This document shows, piece after piece, positions 19,932 through 28,949 of a stretch of 64,000 nucleotides of DNA (position 1 is the first letter of the stretch; every line of letters begins with the position of its first letter). The notes beneath the pieces are model-generated. The model was not told the origin of the DNA, did no database searches, and saw nothing but the letters and a program-made list of their open reading frames with translations. The position numbers and the translations under genes are program-made. Source of the stretch: Cenarchaeum sp. (GTDB lineage Archaea; Thermoproteota; Nitrososphaeria; Nitrososphaerales; Nitrosopumilaceae); contig OY843768.1 of assembly GCA_963693095.2 (NCBI GenBank), positions 1,408,001 through 1,472,000 of the forward strand, in the 5' to 3' direction.

Positions 19932-22139
19932 CTATTCTATCGTGTATGTCGCCTGATCTGCGCTGGCAGAGTCAGCGGCGCGTATCGTGTACACGCCCGG
20001 ATACTGGTCACGTGGAATGATCCACTCGCCGCTAAACGCGCCCTCGGCAGTGGAGCGCGCAACCTGCGCGAATATCGTCTCGCCGTTGTTATGCGTCACC
20101 GTTATGTCCACGGGCTGGCTCCCGGCCGCGCCCTCGCCGCGTATGGTGATTGCCTTGCCCGTCGCCACCGGAGTCTCGCTGACCTGTATCTTGATTCCCG
20201 AGGTGACCTCGACGACAACGTCAAATGACGTCATCGCCGACTGTGTTCCGCTGCGCGCCATGAGCGTCCACGTGCCCTGCTCGGGGCTAGAGCGCACAAA
20301 GAATGACGCGGTGAACTTTTTGCCTTCTGTCGTGAACGTCTCGATGGTCTTTGTCTCATCGCCAGACGGGCTGATCATGACAACATCCACGAGCGACTGG
20401 GCACGCTCGCTCACGCCCAAAACCGTGACCAGCTCGCCTGGCGTGTAGAGCGTCTTTGTCGTGGAGATTGTCATCGTTCCCGCATTGCTCTGGAGTCCCA
20501 CGGTGAACGTGCGGTCAGCCGAGTTGTTCCCATAGTAGGCGATCGCAGCATATATCCCGCGCGTAAATTCAGAGAGATCGAGCATCTTTACGTAATTTCC
20601 CTCGGCATCAAGGGAGATCTTTGTGCGCTGCTCCTCCTGCTTTTTGGCCGGATGTACCACGACGAGCGTCGCGTCTGACTCGCTGCGCCCCAGCACCGAT
20701 ATCGTCGCCGTCTCGCCGATCGCATAGTTGAGCTTGTCCATCTTTACGACAAACGGGATCTCGGGCCTCGCGCCTAGGCCGACATACGAGATTGACTCCT
20801 CTGTGCCCTGCGCGAGGAACATGACGTATGTCCCCTTGGGGTATGGCGTCTCGGTCAAAATCTCAAAGGCCACGCTTCCTGACTCGCCCACTGCGATAAT
20901 GTCCTCATAGACTGCAGTTCCCTGCGGGTTCTCGAGGATCACCTCGAGGTCAAGGTTCGGCTGTGCCGTGCCTCCAAACAGGAGCGTGTCGCCGGGGTTG
21001 TACATGAACTTGCGCGGCTGTATGCTTATTGGCAGGCCAGACTCGAGATCCCAGCTCCGGCTGACCGTCGAGCTTCCGTCGTATATGACCGCAGTGTAAC
21101 GGCCGGGACTCCAGCTTGACTGCGTGTTGATGCTGCGCGACCACGTGCCTTCAGGGCCGACCTTTAGCGTGTTGACCGATATCGCATAGTCGAGCGGGTG
21201 CTTTAGCGTCACGAGGAGCGAGGCGCCGGGGTTGGCCGAGCCGGACAGGCCCACCTCCTTGCCACCTAGGATCGTCGGCGCGACGTCGCCGGCGGTGAGC
21301 GGCTGCTCGATGTCATCGCCGATGACCTCGACTGTCCCTACTGTGCGCACGCGAGGCTCGTCGATCCGCACCGGCCTCTGCAGCGTGTTGCCCATGTCAT
21401 CAGACAGCGCAAAGTCAACCCTGGCCGCAGGTGCAGCAGACGGCACCGTCGTCGTGTACACAAACCTGCCCGACTCGCCAGTCTCTATCGAGCCGAGGTC
21501 AGCCGAGCCGAGCGAGAGCGAGAGCGTGCTGTTGGCCCCAAAGCCATCACCCACGACGCGTATCGTTGCGCCCTGGTGCGGCCCGCTCGGAACCACCCTA
21601 AACTGCGACGTGCCGTCGATTATGCCGGCCGGCGGGGCATCGGGCGCATCGGGCTCCTCGCCTTCCCCGCCGTCCTCGCCGCCCGGCGGTGGGGGCGGGG
21701 GTGGCGGCGGCGTCTCGCCTGGCACTACCTTGCCCTGGGCGAGCGTGTTGCCGGCGGCGTCCAGGGCGCGCCAGTTTATCCCGTCGGCTGCAGCAGACGT
21801 CTCGACGCCAAACTGTGCAGACTCGCCGGCCATCGGCGGCACTGATGCGCTAAACGAGATGAGCGCCTCGGCCTGGCGCGAGCCCGTCCAGCCGGCGCCT
21901 GTCTTGAAGGACTCAAAGGAGTTTCCGGCGGCAAGCCACATGTCAACGGAGGCGACAGGCACGCTGCCCGAGTTTACCAACGTGATGATTGCCGTGTTGC
22001 CAAGGGAGTGCCCCGTCACCGAGACGTCGGCGTCCTGCGCGAGTGCTGACCCACCGGCCACCGCAATGACCGCGATGAGCACGCCGAGTGCTGCCCCATG
22101 CCGCATGCGCGCCGTCCGGCGCGCCTCTAAATTAACCAT
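19932..22139 (-). CDS. secreted multi-domain Ig-like/surface protein
   Basis: Signal peptide, poly-Pro/acidic linker, repeated beta-sandwich units (DKLNYAIGET, KTLYTPGE, PGVYTI). Confidence 0.8.
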   Translation of the reverse strand: MVNLEARRTARMRHGAALGVLIAVIAVAGGSALAQDADVSVTGHSLGNTAIITLVNSGSVPVASVDMWLAAGNSFESFKTGAGWTGSRQAEALISFSASVPPMAGESAQFGVETSAAADGINWRALDAAGNTLAQGKVVPGETPPPPPPPPPGGEDGGEGEEPDAPDAPPAGIIDGTSQFRVVPSGPHQGATIRVVGDGFGANSTLSLSLGSADLGSIETGESGRFVYTTTVPSAAPAARVDFALSDDMGNTLQRPVRIDEPRVRTVGTVEVIGDDIEQPLTAGDVAPTILGGKEVGLSGSANPGASLLVTLKHPLDYAISVNTLKVGPEGTWSRSINTQSSWSPGRYTAVIYDGSSTVSRSWDLESGLPISIQPRKFMYNPGDTLLFGGTAQPNLDLEVILENPQGTAVYEDIIAVGESGSVAFEILTETPYPKGTYVMFLAQGTEESISYVGLGARPEIPFVVKMDKLNYAIGETATISVLGRSESDATLVVVHPAKKQEEQRTKISLDAEGNYVKMLDLSEFTRGIYAAIAYYGNNSADRTFTVGLQSNAGTMTISTTKTLYTPGELVTVLGVSERAQSLVDVVMISPSGDETKTIETFTTEGKKFTASFFVRSSPEQGTWTLMARSGTQSAMTSFDVVVEVTSGIKIQVSETPVATGKAITIRGEGAAGSQPVDITVTHNNGETIFAQVARSTAEGAFSGEWIIPRDQYPGVYTIRAADSASADQATYTIE

Positions 22140-22157
22140 GCCCCCGCGGCGTGCGCA

Positions 22158-24251
22158 TCACACGCCGATCCTGTCGAGCTCGCCGCGTGCGGCAATGTTC
22201 TCGTACTGGCGTATCCTCTCGGCGATAAGTCTGTAGAGGGACCGAAAGCTGTCGCGTGTCCTGTCTGACAAAAAGTCGGCCTCATCGAGCGCAATCTTTT
22301 CACAGATATAGCGCGTGATCTCCTCGTTCTCAAATGAGCCCCAGTTGTCCTCCCTGTGATCCTCCCAGATCGAGTGGAGGCTCTCAACTACGCCATTTTT
22401 GCTACGCGCAGAAATGTCCTCGGGCGTCAGGTTGCCATATCCCTCTGAGCGCAGCTTTATCTCGTATGTCTGGTTTACCGCGTGGAGATAGTCTTCAGTT
22501 TTCATATAGTCCTCTATTGAGCGTATCGTGCCGCCCTCACGCTCAAAGAATATCATCTGGACCTGTGAGAACTTGTTGGCCACGAGCTGCGAGGAGATCT
22601 GCTTTGACTCGTCGCTGTTGTCAAGGAGAACAAACGTCCTGTACCCGTGGTTCTTGTAAAAGACGGCTAGCGGCATGACAGAGTTCTTGTTGAACGCGGC
22701 AACTATGTTGAGGGGGTTCATCGATATGTTCGGATCCTTGAGAAACTTGTCAAACGCATTGAGGTACATGCAGTCAGACATCGTCTCAACGATAATGACA
22801 GGCCTCGAGTTGGTCCCTATCTCCCTGTCGACTATCGAGTCGACAAGCCCCCGCGAGAGGCCATAGAGGATGGGCGTGAGCGTCTTGTCATCGGCGTTCC
22901 AGTAGTCATAGAATATGCGGCTCAGGTGCTTGCGCTTGTCGAGCTCGACGACTAGGAGGTTGCCCGGCGTGTAGTCAAATATCATGAACGGCGAGTGCGT
23001 CGCGTAGAGAACCTGGTTTGAGCCCGCAAGCGACTTGAGGAGGTCAGATATCCCGCGCTGCTGCGTGGGGTGCAAGTTGCGCGCCGGCTCGTCTAGGAGC
23101 AGTATGGCCTCCTTTAGCTCGGCGCGCTGCGTCTCGGCGGCAAAGTTGACGATGAACGAGAACGTCCACTTGAATCCCTCGGCGCGCCTGTTAAGCAGTC
23201 CCGTGTTGGTGACTGTCCCGTCACGGTGTATGTCAGAGATCACGACGCTGATGATGTTGCCCGGCTGGTAGCGCAGGTCCACGCGGATCGGGTCGCCACG
23301 CCATGCGGGGTTTAGCCTTTCGGTCAGGCGGTTGCTCGCAGTTGTCAGGAACTTTATGACCTTGGAGGGACTGTCGCGCATGCCATCAAGTTCCTCTATC
23401 TCGAGCTCAGAAAGGTAAAAGAGGTTGCGCACGGTCTCGGCCTTGTCAAACTCCTCGACAAACTCTATTCCCGAGCGCACCTGCGGATCCTTGATCTTTG
23501 TGTACTCGTTGAGGTCAATGTTGCCGTATATCTTTTTGTAGTCAGAAAAGTAGACAAAGCGTGGATGGAGCTCACTGGCGATAAAGTTCTTTAGCGCCTC
23601 AAGATCAGACGTGCCGCTCAGCAGGCTTGAGAACTGGTTCTCCGGACTCGAGTAGAGCTTGTCCCACTCGGTAACGACGCGCGACTCGTCACTTGAGAGC
23701 ATGTGGAAGCGGTTGCTAAACTCGGCCATGAGTGTGTCAAACTCGGTCTGGGTTCGCGGTGGTGCGCGCGAGAACGCCGACGTGTCAAGCTGTATGCGAA
23801 TGTGGTTTGGTATAGTGTCAAGAAACGCCATTATCTTGCCGATAAAGTTCTCCCAGGAGTTGAGTGCCTTGTTCTCCGTGTCGCTTATCTCAATGTCCCC
23901 AAAGTCGTACTGGACCTCGTCTTTCTTGTTGGTCCGGTACACGCGGACACGCTCTATCTCGCGGATGGCAGGAAACATCTCCCTGATCATTATGGTCTCC
24001 TTGGCGCTCAGCTCGAACTCGCCCTCGGCGAGCGTGACTTCGGACTTTAGGTCCTCGGACATCTCGTCGCAGAGGTCAAGCTCGGAGACCTTTTCGTCCC
24101 TGTTGAGGAGCGTGAGGGCCTGCAGGATCGTCGTCTTGCCGCTCTCGTTGCGGCCCACAAAGGCGGCCAGATCGCCGACATTGATCTCCCCAGAGTCGTG
24201 TATGCAGCGATACGCCCTGACTCGGAACTTGCGGAGCCTCATTTGGGACAC
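22158..24251 (-). CDS. OLD-family-like ABC ATPase with TOPRIM-like C-terminus
   Basis: Walker A GRNESGKT, LLLDEPARNLHP, YATHSPFM, IIVETMSD, LLDNSDE. Confidence 0.85.
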   Translation of the reverse strand: MSQMRLRKFRVRAYRCIHDSGEINVGDLAAFVGRNESGKTTILQALTLLNRDEKVSELDLCDEMSEDLKSEVTLAEGEFELSAKETIMIREMFPAIREIERVRVYRTNKKDEVQYDFGDIEISDTENKALNSWENFIGKIMAFLDTIPNHIRIQLDTSAFSRAPPRTQTEFDTLMAEFSNRFHMLSSDESRVVTEWDKLYSSPENQFSSLLSGTSDLEALKNFIASELHPRFVYFSDYKKIYGNIDLNEYTKIKDPQVRSGIEFVEEFDKAETVRNLFYLSELEIEELDGMRDSPSKVIKFLTTASNRLTERLNPAWRGDPIRVDLRYQPGNIISVVISDIHRDGTVTNTGLLNRRAEGFKWTFSFIVNFAAETQRAELKEAILLLDEPARNLHPTQQRGISDLLKSLAGSNQVLYATHSPFMIFDYTPGNLLVVELDKRKHLSRIFYDYWNADDKTLTPILYGLSRGLVDSIVDREIGTNSRPVIIVETMSDCMYLNAFDKFLKDPNISMNPLNIVAAFNKNSVMPLAVFYKNHGYRTFVLLDNSDESKQISSQLVANKFSQVQMIFFEREGGTIRSIEDYMKTEDYLHAVNQTYEIKLRSEGYGNLTPEDISARSKNGVVESLHSIWEDHREDNWGSFENEEITRYICEKIALDEADFLSDRTRDSFRSLYRLIAERIRQYENIAARGELDRIGV

Positions 24252-24345
24252 CCTTGCGCAACGCGTGATTTAACCCGTTGGTCATATTTGGCTACATTAT
24301 GGCGTAAATTTTGTTAAATAGATATAAGGGAAGTTTGCGCGCGGC

Positions 24346-24795
24346 GTGCCTAGAACCATGGCCTCACGCCTCGGCGCCACGCTCGTCTTTATCCTCCCCG
24401 CAGTCGCATCAGTCGCCCTCGGCGGCGTGGTCATGGCCCAGATTCTCCAAGAGCCCGGTCGAGGGGGCACAGACGCCTCCGAGCACGTCACGATAGTTGG
24501 CCTCGAGGCCTCATATGCGGCACCGGCTGCCGTGAGCGCCCACGTGCACGTGACGCATGAGGCCTTTGACTGCGGCGACCTGGACATCAGGGTCAGCGAT
24601 CGCCAGACGGGCAGGATAGTTGGCAACAGCGGGTTCTTTGGGCAGTGCTTTGCGAGCACCAACACGATGATACCCGTCGACGGGGCATTCTCCATAAATG
24701 TCGTCGAGTCTGGAACGTACGAGATGACAGTTACCATCAGGGATGCGCAGGGGAGAAACAGCGCGAGCACAACAGGGGTGTTTACGGTAAGTTGA
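24346..24795 (+). CDS. membrane-anchored small exported protein
   Basis: N-terminal TM helix, beta-rich domain with a Cys pair (FDCGDL...GQCF). Confidence 0.65.
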   Translation: MPRTMASRLGATLVFILPAVASVALGGVVMAQILQEPGRGGTDASEHVTIVGLEASYAAPAAVSAHVHVTHEAFDCGDLDIRVSDRQTGRIVGNSGFFGQCFASTNTMIPVDGAFSINVVESGTYEMTVTIRDAQGRNSASTTGVFTVS

Positions 24796-24821
24796 CCGGC
24801 ATGGCAGGCGTGGTGGAATAG

Positions 24822-24971
24822 ATGGCAAGGGAGACAAAGGCCGAGCGCATCAAGAGGGTAAAGGCAGAGCTCGAGTCACTCGAGGAGAAAAAGCGCGTCC
24901 TTGAGGAGACAAGGCACAGGACAAGCAAGCAGGGTGTCACAGAGGCACATGTTGGGGACGGTGCAGAGTAG
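24822..24971 (+). CDS. 49-aa peptide similar to the N-terminus of the downstream TFE-beta
   Basis: Hand translation MARETKAERIKRVKAELESLEEKKRVLEETRHRTSKQGVTEAHVGDGAE; stop 1 bp before the next ATG. Confidence 0.55.
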   Translation: MARETKAERIKRVKAELESLEEKKRVLEETRHRTSKQGVTEAHVGDGAE

Positions 24972-24972
24972 A

Positions 24973-25797
24973 ATGGCAGACGGAGGCGCACTTCCACTGG
25001 ATCGCGAGTCAGAGCTGAGAAAAAAGAAGGGCGAGCTCGAGGCGCTAAAGGAGAAAAAGCGCATACTCGACAAGGACGACCAGGCCCACATGACGGGCAA
25101 CAAGGCAAAGTCCAAAAAGGCTCCAAAGAAAAAGGCAAAGGCCAAGCCAAAGGCGCCGGCCAAAAAGGATCCCGTGAAAAAGGAGACAGTTGCCAAAAAG
25201 GCGCCAAAGAAAAAGGCAAAGGCCAAGCCAAAGGCGCCGGCCAAAAAGGATCCCGTGAAAAAGGCCACAAAGAAAAAAGAGGCGGCAAAAAAGCCAAAGG
25301 CGGCCAAGCGCGAAGGAAAGCCAAAGCGAACCAGGCGCAGGTCGCGCCTAGAGCCGATCGAGCTCACAGACGAGGAGCAGATCGAGGACGCCATAACTGA
25401 CGAGGAGATTGCAAACTTTCAGGTCGGCAAGGCAAACATGGAGCAGCTGATCAACAGGGTGTGCGAGATACTCTCAGGCGGGCCCTCAGGAGGCACGCTC
25501 CAGTCCGACGTGTGGAGGCGCCTAAAGCTCACCCTGAGTGACGGGTTTAGGCTGGCCCTAAAGCTCGAGTGGCTCGGCCTCATCACGCGCGAGAAGGTCC
25601 TCGAGAACGGCAGGTGGACGTACAGGCTCATACTAAAGAGGACGCCGATTAGCACTAGGTCCATAGTCGACGCCCCATGCCTGACGTGCAAGGTCGAGCA
25701 GAAATGCACGCCCGAGGGAGAGGTCAGCCCCCACACGTGTGACCTCATCAGGGACTGGGTCATCACCGAGTCAAAGAGGTCACGCAGGAGGGGATGA
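24973..25797 (+). CDS. TFE-beta / RNA polymerase III Rpc34 homolog with a Lys/Ala/Pro-rich N-terminal extension
   Basis: wHTH (GTLQSDVWRRLKL...LEWLGLITREK) plus PCLTCKVEQKC...EVSPHTC..IRDW, matching the 4Fe-4S motif of RPC34/RPC39. Confidence 0.75.
   Translation: MADGGALPLDRESELRKKKGELEALKEKKRILDKDDQAHMTGNKAKSKKAPKKKAKAKPKAPAKKDPVKKETVAKKAPKKKAKAKPKAPAKKDPVKKATKKKEAAKKPKAAKREGKPKRTRRRSRLEPIELTDEEQIEDAITDEEIANFQVGKANMEQLINRVCEILSGGPSGGTLQSDVWRRLKLTLSDGFRLALKLEWLGLITREKVLENGRWTYRLILKRTPISTRSIVDAPCLTCKVEQKCTPEGEVSPHTCDLIRDWVITESKRSRRRG
25112..25264 (+). repeat. in-frame near-perfect duplication with 81-bp period (KKAPKKKAKAKPKAPAKKDPVKK x2)
   Basis: Direct repeat visible at DNA and protein level. 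Confidence 0.85.
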
Positions 25798-26387
25798 GAC
25801 CCCACGAGGCGCGACGCGACGCGTATAGGCGGCTTGCGCGCGAGCAGGGGTACCGCAGCCGCTCATCATACAAGCTAAAGGAGCTCAACAAGGCGTACAG
25901 GGTGATCGGTGCGGGATTTGGCGTCCTTGATGTCGGCTGCGCTCCCGGTGGATGGACGCAGGTCGCCGTGCAGCTCGCCGGCAACCGCGGGCGCGTCATG
26001 GGAATCGACAAGTTGCACACCGAGGAGGTTCCCGGAGCGCGCGTCATGAGGCGCGACGTCTCTGACGATGGGATCGCCGAGGAGGTCCTTGCGCACTTTG
26101 GACAAAAGATCAACGCAGTAATCTGCGACCTCTCCCCACAGGTGAGCGGCAACTGGTCAATCGACCACGCCAGGCAGGTCGCGCTCAACTATGACGCCGC
26201 GCGCATACTAGGCCGCGTCCTAGACAGGAAGGGCAATGCGGTGTTCAAGGTGTTCGACGGCGAATACTCGGCAGAGTTTTGCACATACATGAAAAAGAGA
26301 TTTGCGCGCACAAAGCTGACAAAGCCCATGGCAAGCCGAAAGACGAGCAGCGAGACGTATATCGTGTGCCTCGGGTATCTCCACTAG
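25794..26387 (+). CDS. rlmE: 23S rRNA Um2552 methyltransferase RlmE/RrmJ
   Basis: GYRSRSSYKL, DVGCAPGGW, CDLSP, KPMASRKTSSETY. Confidence 0.95.
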   Translation: MRPHEARRDAYRRLAREQGYRSRSSYKLKELNKAYRVIGAGFGVLDVGCAPGGWTQVAVQLAGNRGRVMGIDKLHTEEVPGARVMRRDVSDDGIAEEVLAHFGQKINAVICDLSPQVSGNWSIDHARQVALNYDAARILGRVLDRKGNAVFKVFDGEYSAEFCTYMKKRFARTKLTKPMASRKTSSETYIVCLGYLH

Positions 26388-27541
26388 AGCAGGGCGAGTA
26401 TCTCAGGCATCGTCGCATCAGTCCTAAACCCCGTCGTGTCAAGCGATGTTGGCGATGCAGAGTGGCCCGCGCGGCCCAACATCTCTATAATCCTCTCCAG
26501 GCGCGGTGGTGACCGGCGCGCGCGCGATGCAATCTCGTCTATCGTGTAATAGCATGGAGGCATGGCCGACTCGGCAGCAGCCCTCTCCATTATGCGCGCG
26601 CATGACCGGTCGACTGTGTGCGTGGCGCACTCGGCGAGCATTGCAGACGAAAACTCGGCGTCAAATATGGGTCCTGTCCAGAGCGGGCCGGCCACGTGTG
26701 GCGCAGCGCCACACTCACACGGGCCGTGGCCTTCGAGTACGCCACGCCTGCCGCACGCGTCACAGTGGAATATTTGCCCGTGCGCCTCGCGCGTGTCAGG
26801 GCGGTTTGCGGCCTCGAGGTAGACCCTGTAATAGTGCATGTCGCTCTCGCAAAAGATCGGCGTGAGCGTCATGTCGAGTCGCGCCGCCACTGCCATGGCA
26901 CATCCGGCGATCAGGCGAAGTGCCGTCTCGCGCGCATGCGGCGTGCGGCGTATGGGCACCCCGCCGTAGCGGCGCGCGCACGCGGCCGGAAAGAGTCCAT
27001 GAAGAACCTGCAGGTCCGTGGCCGTCAGAGAGAGCATGCCACCGTGCGCAGTTGCCCTGATCGCGCAGTCAAGGTATCGCGCCGGCGAGCCAAACGGGTC
27101 AACGTCTACGACGAGTCCGCGCATGCCCTTCCTAGCGCGCGCCGAGAGAAAGCGGCACGCCTCGTCCTCAGACGTCTCCACGCGCTCCGAGCAGTCGTTG
27201 AGGGCTGCCGAGCGGTCGGCAAGGTCTAGCGCAACGGGGTTTAGGTCGTTGAGCATTACATGGACCGAGGGGTCGGCCTCGTTGGCAAGCCGAACGCCGC
27301 GCGCGCCGACTCCGGCGAGACCCTCAAGGACAAGCAGCTCGCCGGTGTGCGACCTTGCGCGCGCAGCGCACGCGAGAACCGAGATGTCGCGGTTTAGGCG
27401 GGCGCGCGGGTTGTAGAACGCCGGCTCGTGCGGCGGCGAGGCAGCCGAGAGCGACTCGCGCGGAACGAGGAGGCGCGTCGTGCCCTCGATAGTCTCGGTC
27501 ATCTCGGCAGTCTCGGTGTCGCCCAACGGCATCGCACGCAT
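26384..27541 (-). CDS. trm1: tRNA (guanine-26-N2)-dimethyltransferase Trm1
   Basis: FYNPRARLNRD, DVDPFGSP, TATDLQVL, GPLWTGPI, GFRTDA. Confidence 0.93.
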   Translation of the reverse strand: MRAMPLGDTETAEMTETIEGTTRLLVPRESLSAASPPHEPAFYNPRARLNRDISVLACAARARSHTGELLVLEGLAGVGARGVRLANEADPSVHVMLNDLNPVALDLADRSAALNDCSERVETSEDEACRFLSARARKGMRGLVVDVDPFGSPARYLDCAIRATAHGGMLSLTATDLQVLHGLFPAACARRYGGVPIRRTPHARETALRLIAGCAMAVAARLDMTLTPIFCESDMHYYRVYLEAANRPDTREAHGQIFHCDACGRRGVLEGHGPCECGAAPHVAGPLWTGPIFDAEFSSAMLAECATHTVDRSCARIMERAAAESAMPPCYYTIDEIASRARRSPPRLERIIEMLGRAGHSASPTSLDTTGFRTDATMPEILALL

Positions 27542-27652
27542 ACGGGGCGTGTCTTAAGCATTGTATGGCCTGCGCGTGTGGCGCACGCGCAACGTGGTGG
27601 AGCGCGCACGAGTCCCATATGGCTTTATACGGAGATCTCTGGCGTGCGCGCG

Positions 27653-28381
27653 ATGCTCGTGTGCGGTGTTGATGACGCCGGCCGCGGCCCTGTAATGGGC
27701 CCACTAGTGATAGCCGGAGTCACGATCGAGAAACGACACCTCCGGCGACTGTCACGCCTCGGCGTGCGCGACTCCAAGGAGCTCACTCCGGCGCGGCGCG
27801 AAGAGCTGTATGACGAGATCGTGGACGTGGCCGTCGATCACCATGTCTCGCGCATACAACCACGCACGATAGACAAGCACGTCAAGCGCCACGAGCTCAA
27901 CCTTGTTGAGGCGATCCACATGGCGCGCGTCATATCAGGGTTAATGCCACACACAGCATACGTTGATGCGTGTGACGTCAATGCCAAAAGGTTTGGCAAG
28001 ATGGTCTCAAGCCTTCTAAAAGACGGCTGTGCCGCAAGAGTAAGGCCATATCACAGGGCAGACAAGAGATTTCCCATAGTGTCAGCCGCGTCGATCATCG
28101 CAAAGGTCGAGCGTGATCGCGCAGTCGCAAGGATTCGCAAGATCCACAGCATCGGCAGCGGTTACCCCGCAGACCCAGCATGCGTCAGGTTCCTAGAGCG
28201 CCACGCGATGAAAAACGACGCGCCACCAAGGTTTGCGCGCGCCACATGGATGACGGTTCGTCGCATATACGGGCTCAGCGAGCCTGAGCCAAGGCGAGCG
28301 CGTGGTCGCGGTCATAGGGCTCAAGTCCCATTGATTGGAGCACGTCAAGCTCGTCGGAGACCTTTGCAAGCTCGTCGCTGA
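27653..28381 (+). CDS. rnhB: ribonuclease HII
   Basis: GVDDAGRGPVMGPL, RDSKEL, VSAASIIAKVERD, GSGYPAD. Confidence 0.95.
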   Translation: MLVCGVDDAGRGPVMGPLVIAGVTIEKRHLRRLSRLGVRDSKELTPARREELYDEIVDVAVDHHVSRIQPRTIDKHVKRHELNLVEAIHMARVISGLMPHTAYVDACDVNAKRFGKMVSSLLKDGCAARVRPYHRADKRFPIVSAASIIAKVERDRAVARIRKIHSIGSGYPADPACVRFLERHAMKNDAPPRFARATWMTVRRIYGLSEPEPRRARGRGHRAQVPLIGARQARRRPLQARR

Positions 28382-28949
28382 TCACCGACGCCGGCGTGCG
28401 TGTCACGTCAATGCTGCGCGCCTTTATGACAAGGATGAGCCAACCGTGATCGCGCAGGTGTGCGCGGCAGTTGGCCAGGGCAATCTCGGTCTGGTCAGGC
28501 TGCGCGATATCCGAGTACACGACATCAACCTTGCCATAGACTGAAAAGTACTCTCGCGGCTGGCGCGCGTCCTGCATGACCGGAGTGACGTTTGTGCGAT
28601 GCGAGGCGACGCGGTCGAGGAGCTCGCGCGCGACGCGGCTGGCGTGCTCGACGGCGAAGACGCGGCCGGCGGTGCCAACAATGTCCGAGACGTGGCTGAC
28701 CGTCGTGCCCGTCGAGGCCCCAAGGTACAGGACAGACGAGCCGCGCACGATCGGAACCGGCTCAAGGCCCTTTAGTATCGCCGCGGCGAGCTTGCTGCGG
28801 TGCGGATCCCACAAGCGCCATTCAGTCTCCCCGCGCAGCACGAGATCCTCCCCATAGACGCTCCTGCCGCGCGCGAGGTTTGGCGTCGCGAGGCGGCGCT
28901 GGCCGTCATGCTCTATTGTCGCGTGAGCCTCGTCTGCCCTTTTTGTCAA
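28275..28949 (-). CDS. flpA: fibrillarin-like rRNA/tRNA 2'-O-methyltransferase
   Basis: WDPHRSKLAAAI, VLYLGASTGTTVSHVSD, DIAQPDQ; TTG start preceded by GGAGGA. Confidence 0.95.
   Translation of the reverse strand: MTKRADEAHATIEHDGQRRLATPNLARGRSVYGEDLVLRGETEWRLWDPHRSKLAAAILKGLEPVPIVRGSSVLYLGASTGTTVSHVSDIVGTAGRVFAVEHASRVARELLDRVASHRTNVTPVMQDARQPREYFSVYGKVDVVYSDIAQPDQTEIALANCRAHLRDHGWLILVIKARSIDVTRTPASVISDELAKVSDELDVLQSMGLEPYDRDHALALAQAR

Noticed and set aside
24782-25394. Hydrophobic Phe/Ala-rich minus-strand ORFs
   Set aside because: Antisense reading of the Lys-rich repeat
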